NCBI GenBank assembly: GCA_902561355.1
Contig: CACEPG010000003.1
Span: 16,753 to 80,752 of the forward strand
Length of the DNA stretch: 64,000 nt
Reading direction: 5' to 3'
Origin: an uncultured Alphaproteobacteria bacterium
Lineage (GTDB): Bacteria; Pseudomonadota; Alphaproteobacteria; HIMB59; GCA-002718135
In this document: piece after piece, positions 34,668 through 44,070 of the stretch
Layout: every line of letters starts with the position of its first letter
Numbering within the stretch: the first letter of the stretch is position 1
Made by a program: the position numbers and the translations under genes
Notes under the pieces: generated by a model
What the model was told of the DNA's origin: nothing
Seen by the model: the letters and a program-made list of their open reading frames with translations, nothing else
Databases searched by the model: none

Positions 34668-35656
34668 TAAAAAGCTTCATCAAAACTAAGAGCCCTATCA
34701 GTCGGTCTTTGATATTCAGATACTCTTTTTTCAAAGAAATTCGTTACATTTTGAACATCTAAAGCACGCATAAAATCAAAAGGATTTTCAGTATTAAATA
34801 CTCTTTCAAATTCAAATAAATCAGCAATTCTATCAGCGACCGCTTCAATATAATCGCACATTAAGTTTGCATTCATTCCAATTAAATCGACTGGTAATGC
34901 ATCTTTTACAAATTCTTTTTCAAATGATACAGCTTCTCTAACTATCTCTTCAAATTGTGACTGAGGAACTTCATTTGGTATTAAAGATAGAGCAGAAATA
35001 TCCGAGTCTGTTAATGATCCATTAGTAAATTTATCTCGAAGAGTTTTAAACATTAAAGCTGAAAAACTAAAATGCATACCCTCATCTCTTGCAATCCAGT
35101 CATTAGAAAGTGCTAAACCAGGAAGCAAACCTCTTTTTCTAAAATAATATATAGCACAAAATGATCCTGCAAAAAATAAACCTTCTACTAATCCAAAACC
35201 AATTAAACGAGTAAGTAAATTTTGATTTCCGTTTAACCACTTAGAAACCCATTGTGCTTTATGGTTAATACACGGAACATTTTGAATAGCATCAAAAAGT
35301 AAGTCTTTTTCCTTTTGATCTTTAACATAAGCCTCTATTTGTAAACCATACATTTCAGCATGAATGGATTCATTAAGCATTTGCATTGATATAAAACATC
35401 TAGCTTCTGGAATTAATATCTCTTTATAAAATCTACTTGCCAGATTTTCATTTATCATTGCTTCAGAATTTGCAAAGTACGCAAGCACATGTTTTATAAA
35501 ATGTTTTTCACCCTCATTTAAAGTTTGTAAATCTCTTAAATCATCTTGTAACGACACTTCTTCTGGTGTCCAAAAAGCCTGAATATGTAATTTATACCTA
35601 TCCCAGATATCTTGATGCTTTATAGGAAAAATTGATTTAACTCCTTTAGATATCAT
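34667..35656 (-). CDS. nrdB: Class I ribonucleotide reductase beta subunit
   Basis: FWTPEEV, ESIHAEMY, VEGLFFAGSF, RDEGMH, NFFEKRVSEY. Confidence 0.96.
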   Translation of the reverse strand: MISKGVKSIFPIKHQDIWDRYKLHIQAFWTPEEVSLQDDLRDLQTLNEGEKHFIKHVLAYFANSEAMINENLASRFYKEILIPEARCFISMQMLNESIHAEMYGLQIEAYVKDQKEKDLLFDAIQNVPCINHKAQWVSKWLNGNQNLLTRLIGFGLVEGLFFAGSFCAIYYFRKRGLLPGLALSNDWIARDEGMHFSFSALMFKTLRDKFTNGSLTDSDISALSLIPNEVPQSQFEEIVREAVSFEKEFVKDALPVDLIGMNANLMCDYIEAVADRIADLFEFERVFNTENPFDFMRALDVQNVTNFFEKRVSEYQRPTDRALSFDEAF

Positions 35657-35670
35657 TTATATAATCTCTT

Positions 35671-38433
35671 TTATGCACTGCATGTTAAACAATCTTCTGG
35701 ATCATCATTTTCAGTAACGGCATTCTTTAAAAAATCCTCCTTGGCAACTTTTTCTGATGAAACAGTTACCTTGACAGCATCAACAGCTGATCTACTTCTA
35801 AGATAATACATACCTGTTTTTAAACCTTTTTTCCAAGCATACATATGCATTGAATTAACTTTTCCAAAAGTCGGTGTTGATAACCATAAATTCATAGACT
35901 GAGTTTGATCTATAAATGGAGCCCTATCAGCGGCCATATCAATTACTGTTTTTTGAGATGTCTCCCAAACTGTTTTATAAGTTTCTTTGAGATCTTCAGG
36001 AAAATTTTGAATATTTTGCACAGAACCGTTTTCTAAAATAATTTTATCACGCATTTCTTTATTCCAAAGGTTGCGTTTAGATAATGCTTTAACTAGGTGT
36101 CTATTAACTAATAAAAATTCTCCAGATAAAGTTTGTCTTTTATAAATATTAGAAGTTTGTATTTGAAAAGTTTCTGTATTTCCTAAGATTATTCCAGTAG
36201 AGGCAGTTGGCATACATGCTGTAGTAAGAGAATTTCTAACACCTACTTTTTTAATTTTTTCCCTTAGAGATTCCCAATCCCACATATTTGAGGGTTCAAT
36301 TCCCCATAAATCAAATTGAAATTTTCCTTGAGATAAAGGGGAGCCTTTAAAAGTCGAGTATGCTCCTTTTTCTTTAGCCAGTTCACAGGATGCTTCTAAT
36401 GCACCAAAATAGATTGTTTCAAATATTTTTTTATTAATTTTCTTAGCTTCTTCACCATCATAAGGAATATCTAATTCAAAGAATACATCTGCTAGACCCT
36501 GAATACCCAATCCGATTGGTCTGTGCTTATTATTAGAAACTTCAGTTTTGTTGGTTGGATAGAAATTTATACCAATTACTTGATCTAAATTTTTTGTAGC
36601 TAGTTTAGCAGTTTCATATAATTTTTTGTAATCATATTCTTTGGTTTTGTTTTTCTGTGATTTTATAACAAATTTAGGTAATGCAATTGAAGCTAAATTA
36701 CAAACTGATGTTTCATTTTTATCAGAATACTCAACTATTTCAGCACAAAGATTTGATGATTTAATTACACCTATGTTTTTTTGGTTAGATTTATTATTAA
36801 TCGAATCTTTATACAACATATAAGGCTGACCCGTTTCTATTTGAGCTTCTATGATTTTAGACATTAATGCTCTTGCTTTAATCTTTTCTAAATGAGGTAA
36901 TTCCTTTTCATATTTTTCATATAGTTCTTCAAAATCTTTACCATATTTATCAGACAAACCAGGACATTCATGTTCACTCATAAGAGTCCAATCATCATCA
37001 CTCTCCACTCTTTTCATAAATAAATCAGGTATCCATAATGCATAGAATAAATCTCTAGCTCTAAATTCTTCTGCACCAGTATTTTTTCTTAGTTCTAAAA
37101 ATTTTTCAATATCAGCGTGCCAAGGTTCTAAATATACAGCAAAAGAACCTTTGCGTTTGCCACCACCTTGATCAACCGATTTTGCTGTTTCATTAAAAAT
37201 TTTTAAAAAAGGAATTAATCCATTAGATTTCCCGTTAGTTGATTTTATTCTGCTCCCACTACCTCTTATGTTATGTGCATGCATTCCTATTCCACCAGCT
37301 GTTTTTGATATTAAAGCACAATCTTTAATTGTGTTAAAAATACCATCAATTGAGTCATCTTCCATACCAATTAAAAAACATGATGATAATTGTTGCATTT
37401 TTAAACCACTATTAAAAAGGGTAGGTGTAGCATGAGTATAAAAACCGTTAGATAAGCTATAATATGTCTTTTTAACTTTTTCTAAATCAAAACTGTCACA
37501 GGAAACTGTTAGAGCCACCCTCATCCACAAATCTTGAGGACGTTCTATTGTTTTGTTTTCAAATTTTAATAAATAAGCTCTTACTAAAGTTGTAAATGCA
37601 AAATAATCAAAATTATAATCTCTATCATAATCAATAACCGATTCTATTTCTTCAGCATTTGCCATTACTTTATTGTAATACTCATCTCTTAAAAGACCAT
37701 CATCAAATAAATTTTTTGTTGCAATTATAAAACCTGGCGTTTCTTTATGCAGAGAATTAGCTTTTATGCGTGCTGCTAAGTATGAATAATCAGGATGTTC
37801 AACTGTTAGAGATGCAGCAGTTTCAGCTAGGTATGTATCAATTTCGATTGAAGTAATATCATTATATAATCCCGGAACTGCTTTTTGAACAACAACTATT
37901 GGATCTATTCTCAAACCAGTTGACAATACAGAAACTCTGTTAGTTATTTTATCTAAAGAAATAGGTTCTTTAGTTCCATCTCTTTTTGTAACCATCATCG
38001 ATGAAGCTTTAGCCCCAACTTGTTCTTTTAGTTTTTTAGTATGATATCGAGAAGCAGCTCTTTGTTCTCGATACAACACATATGCCCTAGCTACTTTATG
38101 ATGCTCATCTCTCATTAAAGCCAGTTCAACCTGATCTTGGATATCTTCAATGTGAATCATATCTCCATCAGCAATTCTTCTAGTTAGTGCAGACACCACT
38201 TTATGAGTAAGACCTTCTACAGTTTTATGAATACTGTCTGTTTGTTCTTTTTCGTGATTTTTATTATTTCTAATTTTTGTTTGAGCAAGGAAAGCTTTTT
38301 TTATTGCGTTAGATATTTTATTAGCTTTAAAAGGTGTTATAGATCCATCTCTTCTAACTACACTCAAACTTAACAGATTAACGCTTTTGTCTTTTATATC
38401 TTTGACCGCTGATACGGGTGAATTGTCTGCCAT
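35671..38433 (-). CDS. nrdA: Class I ribonucleotide reductase alpha subunit with two ATP cones
   Basis: THATPTLFN, QLSSCFL, SSNLCAEI, VCNLAS, GMYYLR, C-terminal CLTC; two N-terminal V(V/T)(R/K)RDG cones. Confidence 0.97.
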   Translation of the reverse strand: MADNSPVSAVKDIKDKSVNLLSLSVVRRDGSITPFKANKISNAIKKAFLAQTKIRNNKNHEKEQTDSIHKTVEGLTHKVVSALTRRIADGDMIHIEDIQDQVELALMRDEHHKVARAYVLYREQRAASRYHTKKLKEQVGAKASSMMVTKRDGTKEPISLDKITNRVSVLSTGLRIDPIVVVQKAVPGLYNDITSIEIDTYLAETAASLTVEHPDYSYLAARIKANSLHKETPGFIIATKNLFDDGLLRDEYYNKVMANAEEIESVIDYDRDYNFDYFAFTTLVRAYLLKFENKTIERPQDLWMRVALTVSCDSFDLEKVKKTYYSLSNGFYTHATPTLFNSGLKMQQLSSCFLIGMEDDSIDGIFNTIKDCALISKTAGGIGMHAHNIRGSGSRIKSTNGKSNGLIPFLKIFNETAKSVDQGGGKRKGSFAVYLEPWHADIEKFLELRKNTGAEEFRARDLFYALWIPDLFMKRVESDDDWTLMSEHECPGLSDKYGKDFEELYEKYEKELPHLEKIKARALMSKIIEAQIETGQPYMLYKDSINNKSNQKNIGVIKSSNLCAEIVEYSDKNETSVCNLASIALPKFVIKSQKNKTKEYDYKKLYETAKLATKNLDQVIGINFYPTNKTEVSNNKHRPIGLGIQGLADVFFELDIPYDGEEAKKINKKIFETIYFGALEASCELAKEKGAYSTFKGSPLSQGKFQFDLWGIEPSNMWDWESLREKIKKVGVRNSLTTACMPTASTGIILGNTETFQIQTSNIYKRQTLSGEFLLVNRHLVKALSKRNLWNKEMRDKIILENGSVQNIQNFPEDLKETYKTVWETSQKTVIDMAADRAPFIDQTQSMNLWLSTPTFGKVNSMHMYAWKKGLKTGMYYLRSRSAVDAVKVTVSSEKVAKEDFLKNAVTENDDPEDCLTCSA

Positions 38434-38472
38434 TTAATTTCTATCCATTTATAATAAAATAATCGTCGAAAA

Positions 38473-38488
38473 ACACAATATGTAGTGT
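38473..38488. promoter_or_regulatory. NrdR box 1 upstream of nrdA
   Basis: ACACAATATGTAGTGT versus consensus acaCwAtATaTwGtgt; about 40 nt upstream of the nrdA start. Confidence 0.85.
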
Positions 38489-38503
38489 CGCCGTTAGGTG
38501 ACA

Positions 38504-38519
38504 ATACAACATTTGCCCA
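38504..38519. promoter_or_regulatory. NrdR box 2 (degenerate)
   Basis: ATACAACATTTGCCCA, offset 31 bp from box 1, the usual tandem NrdR-box spacing. Confidence 0.55.
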
Positions 38520-38531
38520 ATATCGCAATAA

Positions 38532-38546
38532 GAACAAAACATGAAC
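38532..38546 (-). promoter_or_regulatory. Alphaproteobacterial LexA (SOS) box
   Basis: GAAC-AAAACAT-GAAC on the + strand = GTTC-N7-GTTC on the nrdA strand; exact consensus. Confidence 0.7.
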
Positions 38547-38571
38547 ATAAATAATTTTTTATTAAAGTCAA
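38544..38571 (-). promoter_or_regulatory. Putative sigma70 promoter of nrdAB-grx
   Basis: Minus strand TTGACT (38571-38566)-N16-TATGTT (38549-38544); the -10 overlaps the LexA box. Confidence 0.5.
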
Positions 38572-38732
38572 ACTATATATTTATTTTATTTTTTGATTAT
38601 GCAAACAAGTATTTGATTTATTTGAATTTACTTATTAATTCTTAATCACAGTTTGTTATTATTTAATTATATGTTTAATTATTTGAAAACAATTGAACTT
38701 AAATTTGCCATAAAATATTATTAAAAAAACCA

Positions 38733-39446
38733 ATGACCTCAATTGCATTAGTAGATGACGAGCAGTCGATTCTAGCTTCTGTTAGCTTAGCTTTAGAAGC
38801 TGAGGGTTATGAAGTAGACACATTTCATAATGGATTAGAGGCATTAAATGCACTCGAGAAAAATAATTACGATCTTGGATTATTTGATATTAAAATGCCA
38901 AAGATGGATGGCAATGAATTATTAAGTAAAGTTAGAAATAGTAAAAAAACTGACCTCAAGGAGATGCCAATAATTTTTTTAACATCTAAAGATCAGGAAC
39001 AAGATGAAATTATAGGTTTAAGAATGGGAGCCGCAGATTATATAAAAAAACCTTTTTCTCAAAAATTATTAAATGAAAGAATTAGAACGGTTTTAAGAGT
39101 CTATCAAAATAGAAAAAACGATAATAGTTTTTCAGCAGAAACAAAAAAAAATTTAAAAAAAGGTAGTTTAGAATTAGATGAATTAAAACAATTGTGTTTT
39201 TGGAAAAATCAAATAATAGAATTAACTGTAGCAGAATTTAATTTAATAAAATCTTTAGCTAAATATCCAGGAGTAGTTAAAGATAGAAACCAACTACAGG
39301 ACTCAATGTATGGTGATAGTGTTTATGTTGATGATCGTACAATAGATAGTCATATAAAACGTCTTCGAAAAAAATTTAAATCTTACGATCCTTTGTTTGA
39401 TCAGATACGTACTCGTTATGGTTCTGGATATTCATGGCGTGAATAA
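38733..39446 (+). CDS. chvI: OmpR-family response regulator ChvI
   Basis: IALVDDE, DIKMPKMDG, IFLTSKD.E.DE..GL.MGA.DYI.KPFSQ, YVDDRTIDSHIKRLRKKF. Confidence 0.92.
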   Translation: MTSIALVDDEQSILASVSLALEAEGYEVDTFHNGLEALNALEKNNYDLGLFDIKMPKMDGNELLSKVRNSKKTDLKEMPIIFLTSKDQEQDEIIGLRMGAADYIKKPFSQKLLNERIRTVLRVYQNRKNDNSFSAETKKNLKKGSLELDELKQLCFWKNQIIELTVAEFNLIKSLAKYPGVVKDRNQLQDSMYGDSVYVDDRTIDSHIKRLRKKFKSYDPLFDQIRTRYGSGYSWRE

Positions 39447-41124
39447 ATATAAAAGGTTTAATTTATCTAATTATCCCTTAAGATTACAAATATTTGTAAT
39501 TAATTTGTTAATTGCATTATTTGGATTTTTATTTTTTATTTTTTTTAATATTTATTTAATTCAAAATGATAAAAATTTAATCAATGATTTTGAATATACT
39601 GAACAAAATTTATTTAGTATAAAAAATTTTTTAGAAAAAAATTCTATTGCCCGGGTCCCACTTTTTGACGATACTTGTAAAAGAATTGATAAAAAAAACT
39701 GTAAAAATAAAAGTGAGTTAAAAAATACGCTTGAACTCTCGGAACCTGTTTTAGAGCCAAAAATTACTCAACAATATATTTTACAAAATTATCTAAATAA
39801 AATATTTAATGTTAAAATTTATAATGATGATTGGATCAAACTTGCTGATACGCAAGATCTATATAGTTCATCAAATGTAGAGGAGTCTGATTTATCAGAT
39901 TCTATAGAAAATAGCACAGGAATTTACCAAATATATAATGAATTTTATCAAAATCTATTTAGAGAATATTATCTAAAATTTATTAAAAATAAATTTATTG
40001 ATGAAGTTGAGAAACAAAAAAGTGATATTGTTAAAGTAGCCCAAACAATTAAAACCAAAACTATTATTAAAAAAAAATTTATTGATTCTGATGAAAATAT
40101 TTTTCAATTATTCTCTTCCCCAATAATATTTAATGAAAGCGTATATGGAGTTATTCTTATTTCTTATCCTTTATTAAATAACAAACAAACCCTCGGTATA
40201 ATTTCTTTTAATCTATTTAATTTTTATATTCTTTTTGTTCTAGTGATGATTTCTCTTTCATTCATATTTTCAAGAGGTTTAGTAAGCCCTATAAAAAAAC
40301 TATCAAATCTAACTATTTTAGAAAGAGACAAGGTTTCTAATAAGAAAATACAATATCCAAATAGGAAAGATGAAATAGGAATTCTATCAAAAGAAATACA
40401 AAACATGTCTTTAGATTTAAAATCTCAAATTTCGCAGCTAGAAAAATTTGCAGCAGATGTTTCTCATGAGTTAAAAAATCCATTAACAAGTCTTCAATCT
40501 GCAAGTGAGCTTTTGTTGAAAGATACGTTATCAGAAGAGAACAAAAAATTATTAATTGATAATATAAATAAAGATATAAAAAGAATGAATCATTTAATCA
40601 CCGATATATCTAACTTCACAAGAATTAAAGCTGAGGTCGAGTTGGCAAAAAATGAATTTATTAATATTAATGATTTTATTAAGGAAGTATCAAATTATTT
40701 CTCAGATAACTCTAAAAAAATAAAAATAATTGTTGAAGAAATTGATAAAAATTTTGTAATTTTAGCAAACAAAAGTAAGTTGCTTCAAGTATTTATTAAT
40801 ATAATTGATAATAGTATTTCAATTGCAAATAAAAATACTAAAATTTTACTTCAAATAAATTCACATGATCAAAATCAAGTACAGGTAAAGATATATGATC
40901 AAGGAAAGGGCATTTCTTTAGATGATCGTGAAAGAATTTTTAATAGATTTTATACTGATAGAGAGTTTGATAGAAATAATCACACAGGTTTAGGATTGTC
41001 CATAGCAAGAGAAATAATTCTATCTTTTAAAGGGTCTATACAATTAACAGTTTCCGATAAAAATAATTATACAGGTGCTTGTTTTATAATAATTTTACCT
41101 GTAAGAACTCTAAACACAAACTAA
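39439..41124 (+). CDS. chvG: Sensor histidine kinase ChvG/ExoS
   Basis: Two TM helices, HAMP (RKDEIGILS), H-box FAADVSHELKNPLTS, RFYTDR, TGLGLSI; GTG 39439 is the likely start. Confidence 0.9.
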   Translation: MNKYKRFNLSNYPLRLQIFVINLLIALFGFLFFIFFNIYLIQNDKNLINDFEYTEQNLFSIKNFLEKNSIARVPLFDDTCKRIDKKNCKNKSELKNTLELSEPVLEPKITQQYILQNYLNKIFNVKIYNDDWIKLADTQDLYSSSNVEESDLSDSIENSTGIYQIYNEFYQNLFREYYLKFIKNKFIDEVEKQKSDIVKVAQTIKTKTIIKKKFIDSDENIFQLFSSPIIFNESVYGVILISYPLLNNKQTLGIISFNLFNFYILFVLVMISLSFIFSRGLVSPIKKLSNLTILERDKVSNKKIQYPNRKDEIGILSKEIQNMSLDLKSQISQLEKFAADVSHELKNPLTSLQSASELLLKDTLSEENKKLLIDNINKDIKRMNHLITDISNFTRIKAEVELAKNEFININDFIKEVSNYFSDNSKKIKIIVEEIDKNFVILANKSKLLQVFINIIDNSISIANKNTKILLQINSHDQNQVQVKIYDQGKGISLDDRERIFNRFYTDREFDRNNHTGLGLSIAREIILSFKGSIQLTVSDKNNYTGACFIIILPVRTLNTN

Positions 41125-41151
41125 ATTCAATTAAACAATATAGGAACCGAA

Positions 41152-42441
41152 ATGGCAGAAGATTTCAAAGTAAAGGATATCAGCTTAGCTGAGTGGGGTT
41201 TAAAAGAGATTGCTATAGCAGAAACAGAAATGCCAGGTTTAATGGCAATTCGTGATGAATACAAAGATAAAAAACCATTGGAGGGAGCAAAAATTGTAGG
41301 ATGTTTACATATGACAATACAAACTGCAGTTCTTATTGAAACATTGGTACATCTTGGAGCATCTGTGAGATGGAGTTCCTGCAATATTTTCTCTACACAA
41401 GATCAAGCTGCAGCAGCCATTGCTTCAAAAAATATACCTGTCTTTGCTTGGAAAGGAATGAGTGAAGAAGAGTTTTGGTGGTGTATAGAAAAAACTCTTG
41501 AAGGTCCAAATAATTGGAAACCAAATATGATTTTAGATGATGGTGGTGATGCAACTAAAATTATTCATGAAAAATATCCAGAGCTTTTAAACGATATTAA
41601 AGGTTTATCTGAAGAAACAACCACTGGCGTTCATCGATTAAAGGATATGGAAAAAAAAGGTTTATTAAAAGTTCCTGCGATAAATGTTAACGATTCTGTA
41701 ACTAAGTCTAAATTTGATAATTTATACGGTTGTAAAGAAAGTCTTGTTGATGGAATAAGAAGAGGTACAGATGTAATGATGGCTGGCAAAGTAGCAGTTG
41801 TAGCTGGATATGGTGATGTAGGCAAAGGTTCGGCGGCAAGTTTAAGAGGTGCAGGAGCTAGAGTTTGTGTAACAGAAATAGATCCTATAAATGCGTTACA
41901 AGCAGCCATGGAAGGTTATGAGGTAGTAACTATGGATGACGCATGTTCTTATGGTGATATATTTGTAACGGCTACCGGTAATCTTGATGTTATTACTATA
42001 GATCATATGAGAAAAATGCATGATAGAGCAATAGTTTGTAATATTGGTCATTTCGATAATGAAATTCAAACTGAAGCCTTGAGAAATTTAAAATCTGATG
42101 AAATTAAGCCGCAGGTTAATGAAATTGAATTTCCTGATGGAAAGAAAATTTTGTTATTATCTGAAGGCAGATTAGTTAACCTAGGTAATGCTACTGGACA
42201 CCCTAGTTTTGTAATGAGTGCCTCTTTTTCTAATCAAGTATTGGCACAAATTGAACTTTGGCATAATGCATCTGATTATGAAAATAAAGTTTATGTTTTA
42301 CCAAAACATCTAGATGAAAAAGTAGCTTCTTTTCACCTTAAAAAAGTTGGAGCAAAACTAACAGAACTCACTGATAAACAAGCAGAATATATAGGTGTTG
42401 ATAAAAAAGGACCATTTAAAGATAATACTTATAGATATTAA
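41152..42441 (+). CDS. ahcY: Adenosylhomocysteinase
   Basis: [46 protein letters not shown]. Confidence 0.98.
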   Translation: MAEDFKVKDISLAEWGLKEIAIAETEMPGLMAIRDEYKDKKPLEGAKIVGCLHMTIQTAVLIETLVHLGASVRWSSCNIFSTQDQAAAAIASKNIPVFAWKGMSEEEFWWCIEKTLEGPNNWKPNMILDDGGDATKIIHEKYPELLNDIKGLSEETTTGVHRLKDMEKKGLLKVPAINVNDSVTKSKFDNLYGCKESLVDGIRRGTDVMMAGKVAVVAGYGDVGKGSAASLRGAGARVCVTEIDPINALQAAMEGYEVVTMDDACSYGDIFVTATGNLDVITIDHMRKMHDRAIVCNIGHFDNEIQTEALRNLKSDEIKPQVNEIEFPDGKKILLLSEGRLVNLGNATGHPSFVMSASFSNQVLAQIELWHNASDYENKVYVLPKHLDEKVASFHLKKVGAKLTELTDKQAEYIGVDKKGPFKDNTYRY

Positions 42442-42450
42442 GGAGGAAAA

Positions 42451-43620
42451 ATGAGTAGATCATATTTATTTACTAGTGAATCTGTATCTGAAGGACATCC
42501 AGATAAAGTTTGTGATAGAATATCAGATATGGTTGTTGATACATATTTATCATCTGGTGATCCACAAACTCGAGTCGCATGTGAAACACTTACTACTACT
42601 AACAAAGTAGTTTTAGCTGGAGAAGTAAGAGGACCATCAATATCAAAAGATCAAATTATATCTCAAGTAAGAGATTGTATTAAGGATATTGGATATGAGC
42701 AAGATGGTTTTCATTGGCAAAATTGTGATGTTGATAGTTTTCTTCATGAACAATCATCAGATATCGCAATGGGAGTTGACTCTGGAATTGATAAAGAAGA
42801 GGGAGCTGGAGATCAAGGAATTATGTTTGGTTATGCTTGCCGTGATACAGAAAGTTTAATGCCTGCGCCAATTCATTATTCTCATCAAATTTTGTATAAA
42901 ATGGCGCAAGCAAGAAAAGATGGATCAGCTTCTGGTTTAGAACCAGATTCAAAAAGTCAAGTAACTATGCTTTATGAGAATGGTAGACCAACTAAAGTTA
43001 CCTCTTTAGTAATTTCATCACAACACAAAGAAGGATTATCTCCTGCAGATGTAAAAGAAATTGTTAAACCTTATGTTTATGAATGTATACCAAGTGAATT
43101 AATTGAAGATCTTAAAGAGGAAGAATTTTATGTTAATCCTACTGGCAATTTTGTAATTGGTGGCCCTGATGGTGATTCTGGTTTAACGGGTAGAAAAATT
43201 ATTGTTGATACGTATGGAGGTGCAGCACCTCATGGAGGAGGAGCTTTTTCTGGTAAAGATCCATCTAAGGTTGATAGATCGGCTGCTTATGCAGCCAGAT
43301 ATTTAGCTAAGAATATTGTTGCAGCTGGTCTAGCTGATGAATGCACAATTCAATTATCTTATGCAATAGGAGTTTCAAAACCATTATCAGTTTACGTAAA
43401 TACTAATGGAACAAATAAAGTTGATGAACAAAAAATTGAAAAATCTGTTCAAGATTTATTTGATCTAAGTCCAAGAGGGATAAGAGAACATTTAAAATTA
43501 ACTAATGCAATATATGTTCCAACCTCAGCTTACGGACATTTTGGGAGAAAGCCAACAGACCAAGGACATTTTTCTTGGGAAAAAACTGATTTGGCAGATT
43601 CATTAAAAAGTTTACTTTAA
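42451..43620 (+). CDS. metK: S-adenosylmethionine synthetase
   Basis: [39 protein letters not shown]; strong AAGGAGG RBS. Confidence 0.98.
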   Translation: MSRSYLFTSESVSEGHPDKVCDRISDMVVDTYLSSGDPQTRVACETLTTTNKVVLAGEVRGPSISKDQIISQVRDCIKDIGYEQDGFHWQNCDVDSFLHEQSSDIAMGVDSGIDKEEGAGDQGIMFGYACRDTESLMPAPIHYSHQILYKMAQARKDGSASGLEPDSKSQVTMLYENGRPTKVTSLVISSQHKEGLSPADVKEIVKPYVYECIPSELIEDLKEEEFYVNPTGNFVIGGPDGDSGLTGRKIIVDTYGGAAPHGGGAFSGKDPSKVDRSAAYAARYLAKNIVAAGLADECTIQLSYAIGVSKPLSVYVNTNGTNKVDEQKIEKSVQDLFDLSPRGIREHLKLTNAIYVPTSAYGHFGRKPTDQGHFSWEKTDLADSLKSLL

Positions 43621-43622
43621 AT

Positions 43623-44069
43623 TTGAAGGAAGAAACTCTCACTTTAGATTTAACAGGTTTAGAACATTTTTGTGAAGATTTATCCTTAAGAGTAAAAGTA
43701 GGAGACATTATTTGTTTATTTGGTGAATTAGGTTCAGGCAAAACAACATTTGCAAGAAATCTAATTAACTCAATTTACAAAAGAAATGAATTAGAAAAAC
43801 CACTTTTTATAAAAAGTCCATCTTTTCCTATCCTACTAACTTATCAAGTGAATAATTTTGAAATTTATCACTATGATTTATATCGTATTCAAAAAAGTAG
43901 TGAATTGTCTGAAATAAACATTTTTGAGCAATTACATAATACAATTACTCTTATAGAATGGCCTGAAATTATTTTAGATTCTTTGAAAGATTATAATTTT
44001 TATTCTATAAATTTAACAATCGCTAATAAAGATCAAAGAAACATAAAACATAATTTGTTTTTTAATTAA
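43623..44069 (+). CDS. tsaE: tRNA threonylcarbamoyladenosine ATPase TsaE
   Basis: GELGSGKTTFAR, SPSF, HYDLYR, LIEWPE. Confidence 0.93.
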   Translation: MKEETLTLDLTGLEHFCEDLSLRVKVGDIICLFGELGSGKTTFARNLINSIYKRNELEKPLFIKSPSFPILLTYQVNNFEIYHYDLYRIQKSSELSEINIFEQLHNTITLIEWPEIILDSLKDYNFYSINLTIANKDQRNIKHNLFFN

Positions 44070-44070
44070 A

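Noticed and set aside
38434-38448. Four-codon uORF (MDRN*) whose stop abuts the nrdA ATG
   Set aside because: Easily arises by chance; the GGA within it is more simply the ribosome-binding site
38663-38678. CtrA-like site upstream of chvI
   Set aside because: Spacing is TTAA-N8-TTAA rather than N7, and TTAA is very frequent in this AT-rich DNA
41125-41151. SAH/SAM riboswitch before ahcY-metK
   Set aside because: Spacer is only 27 nt with no structure
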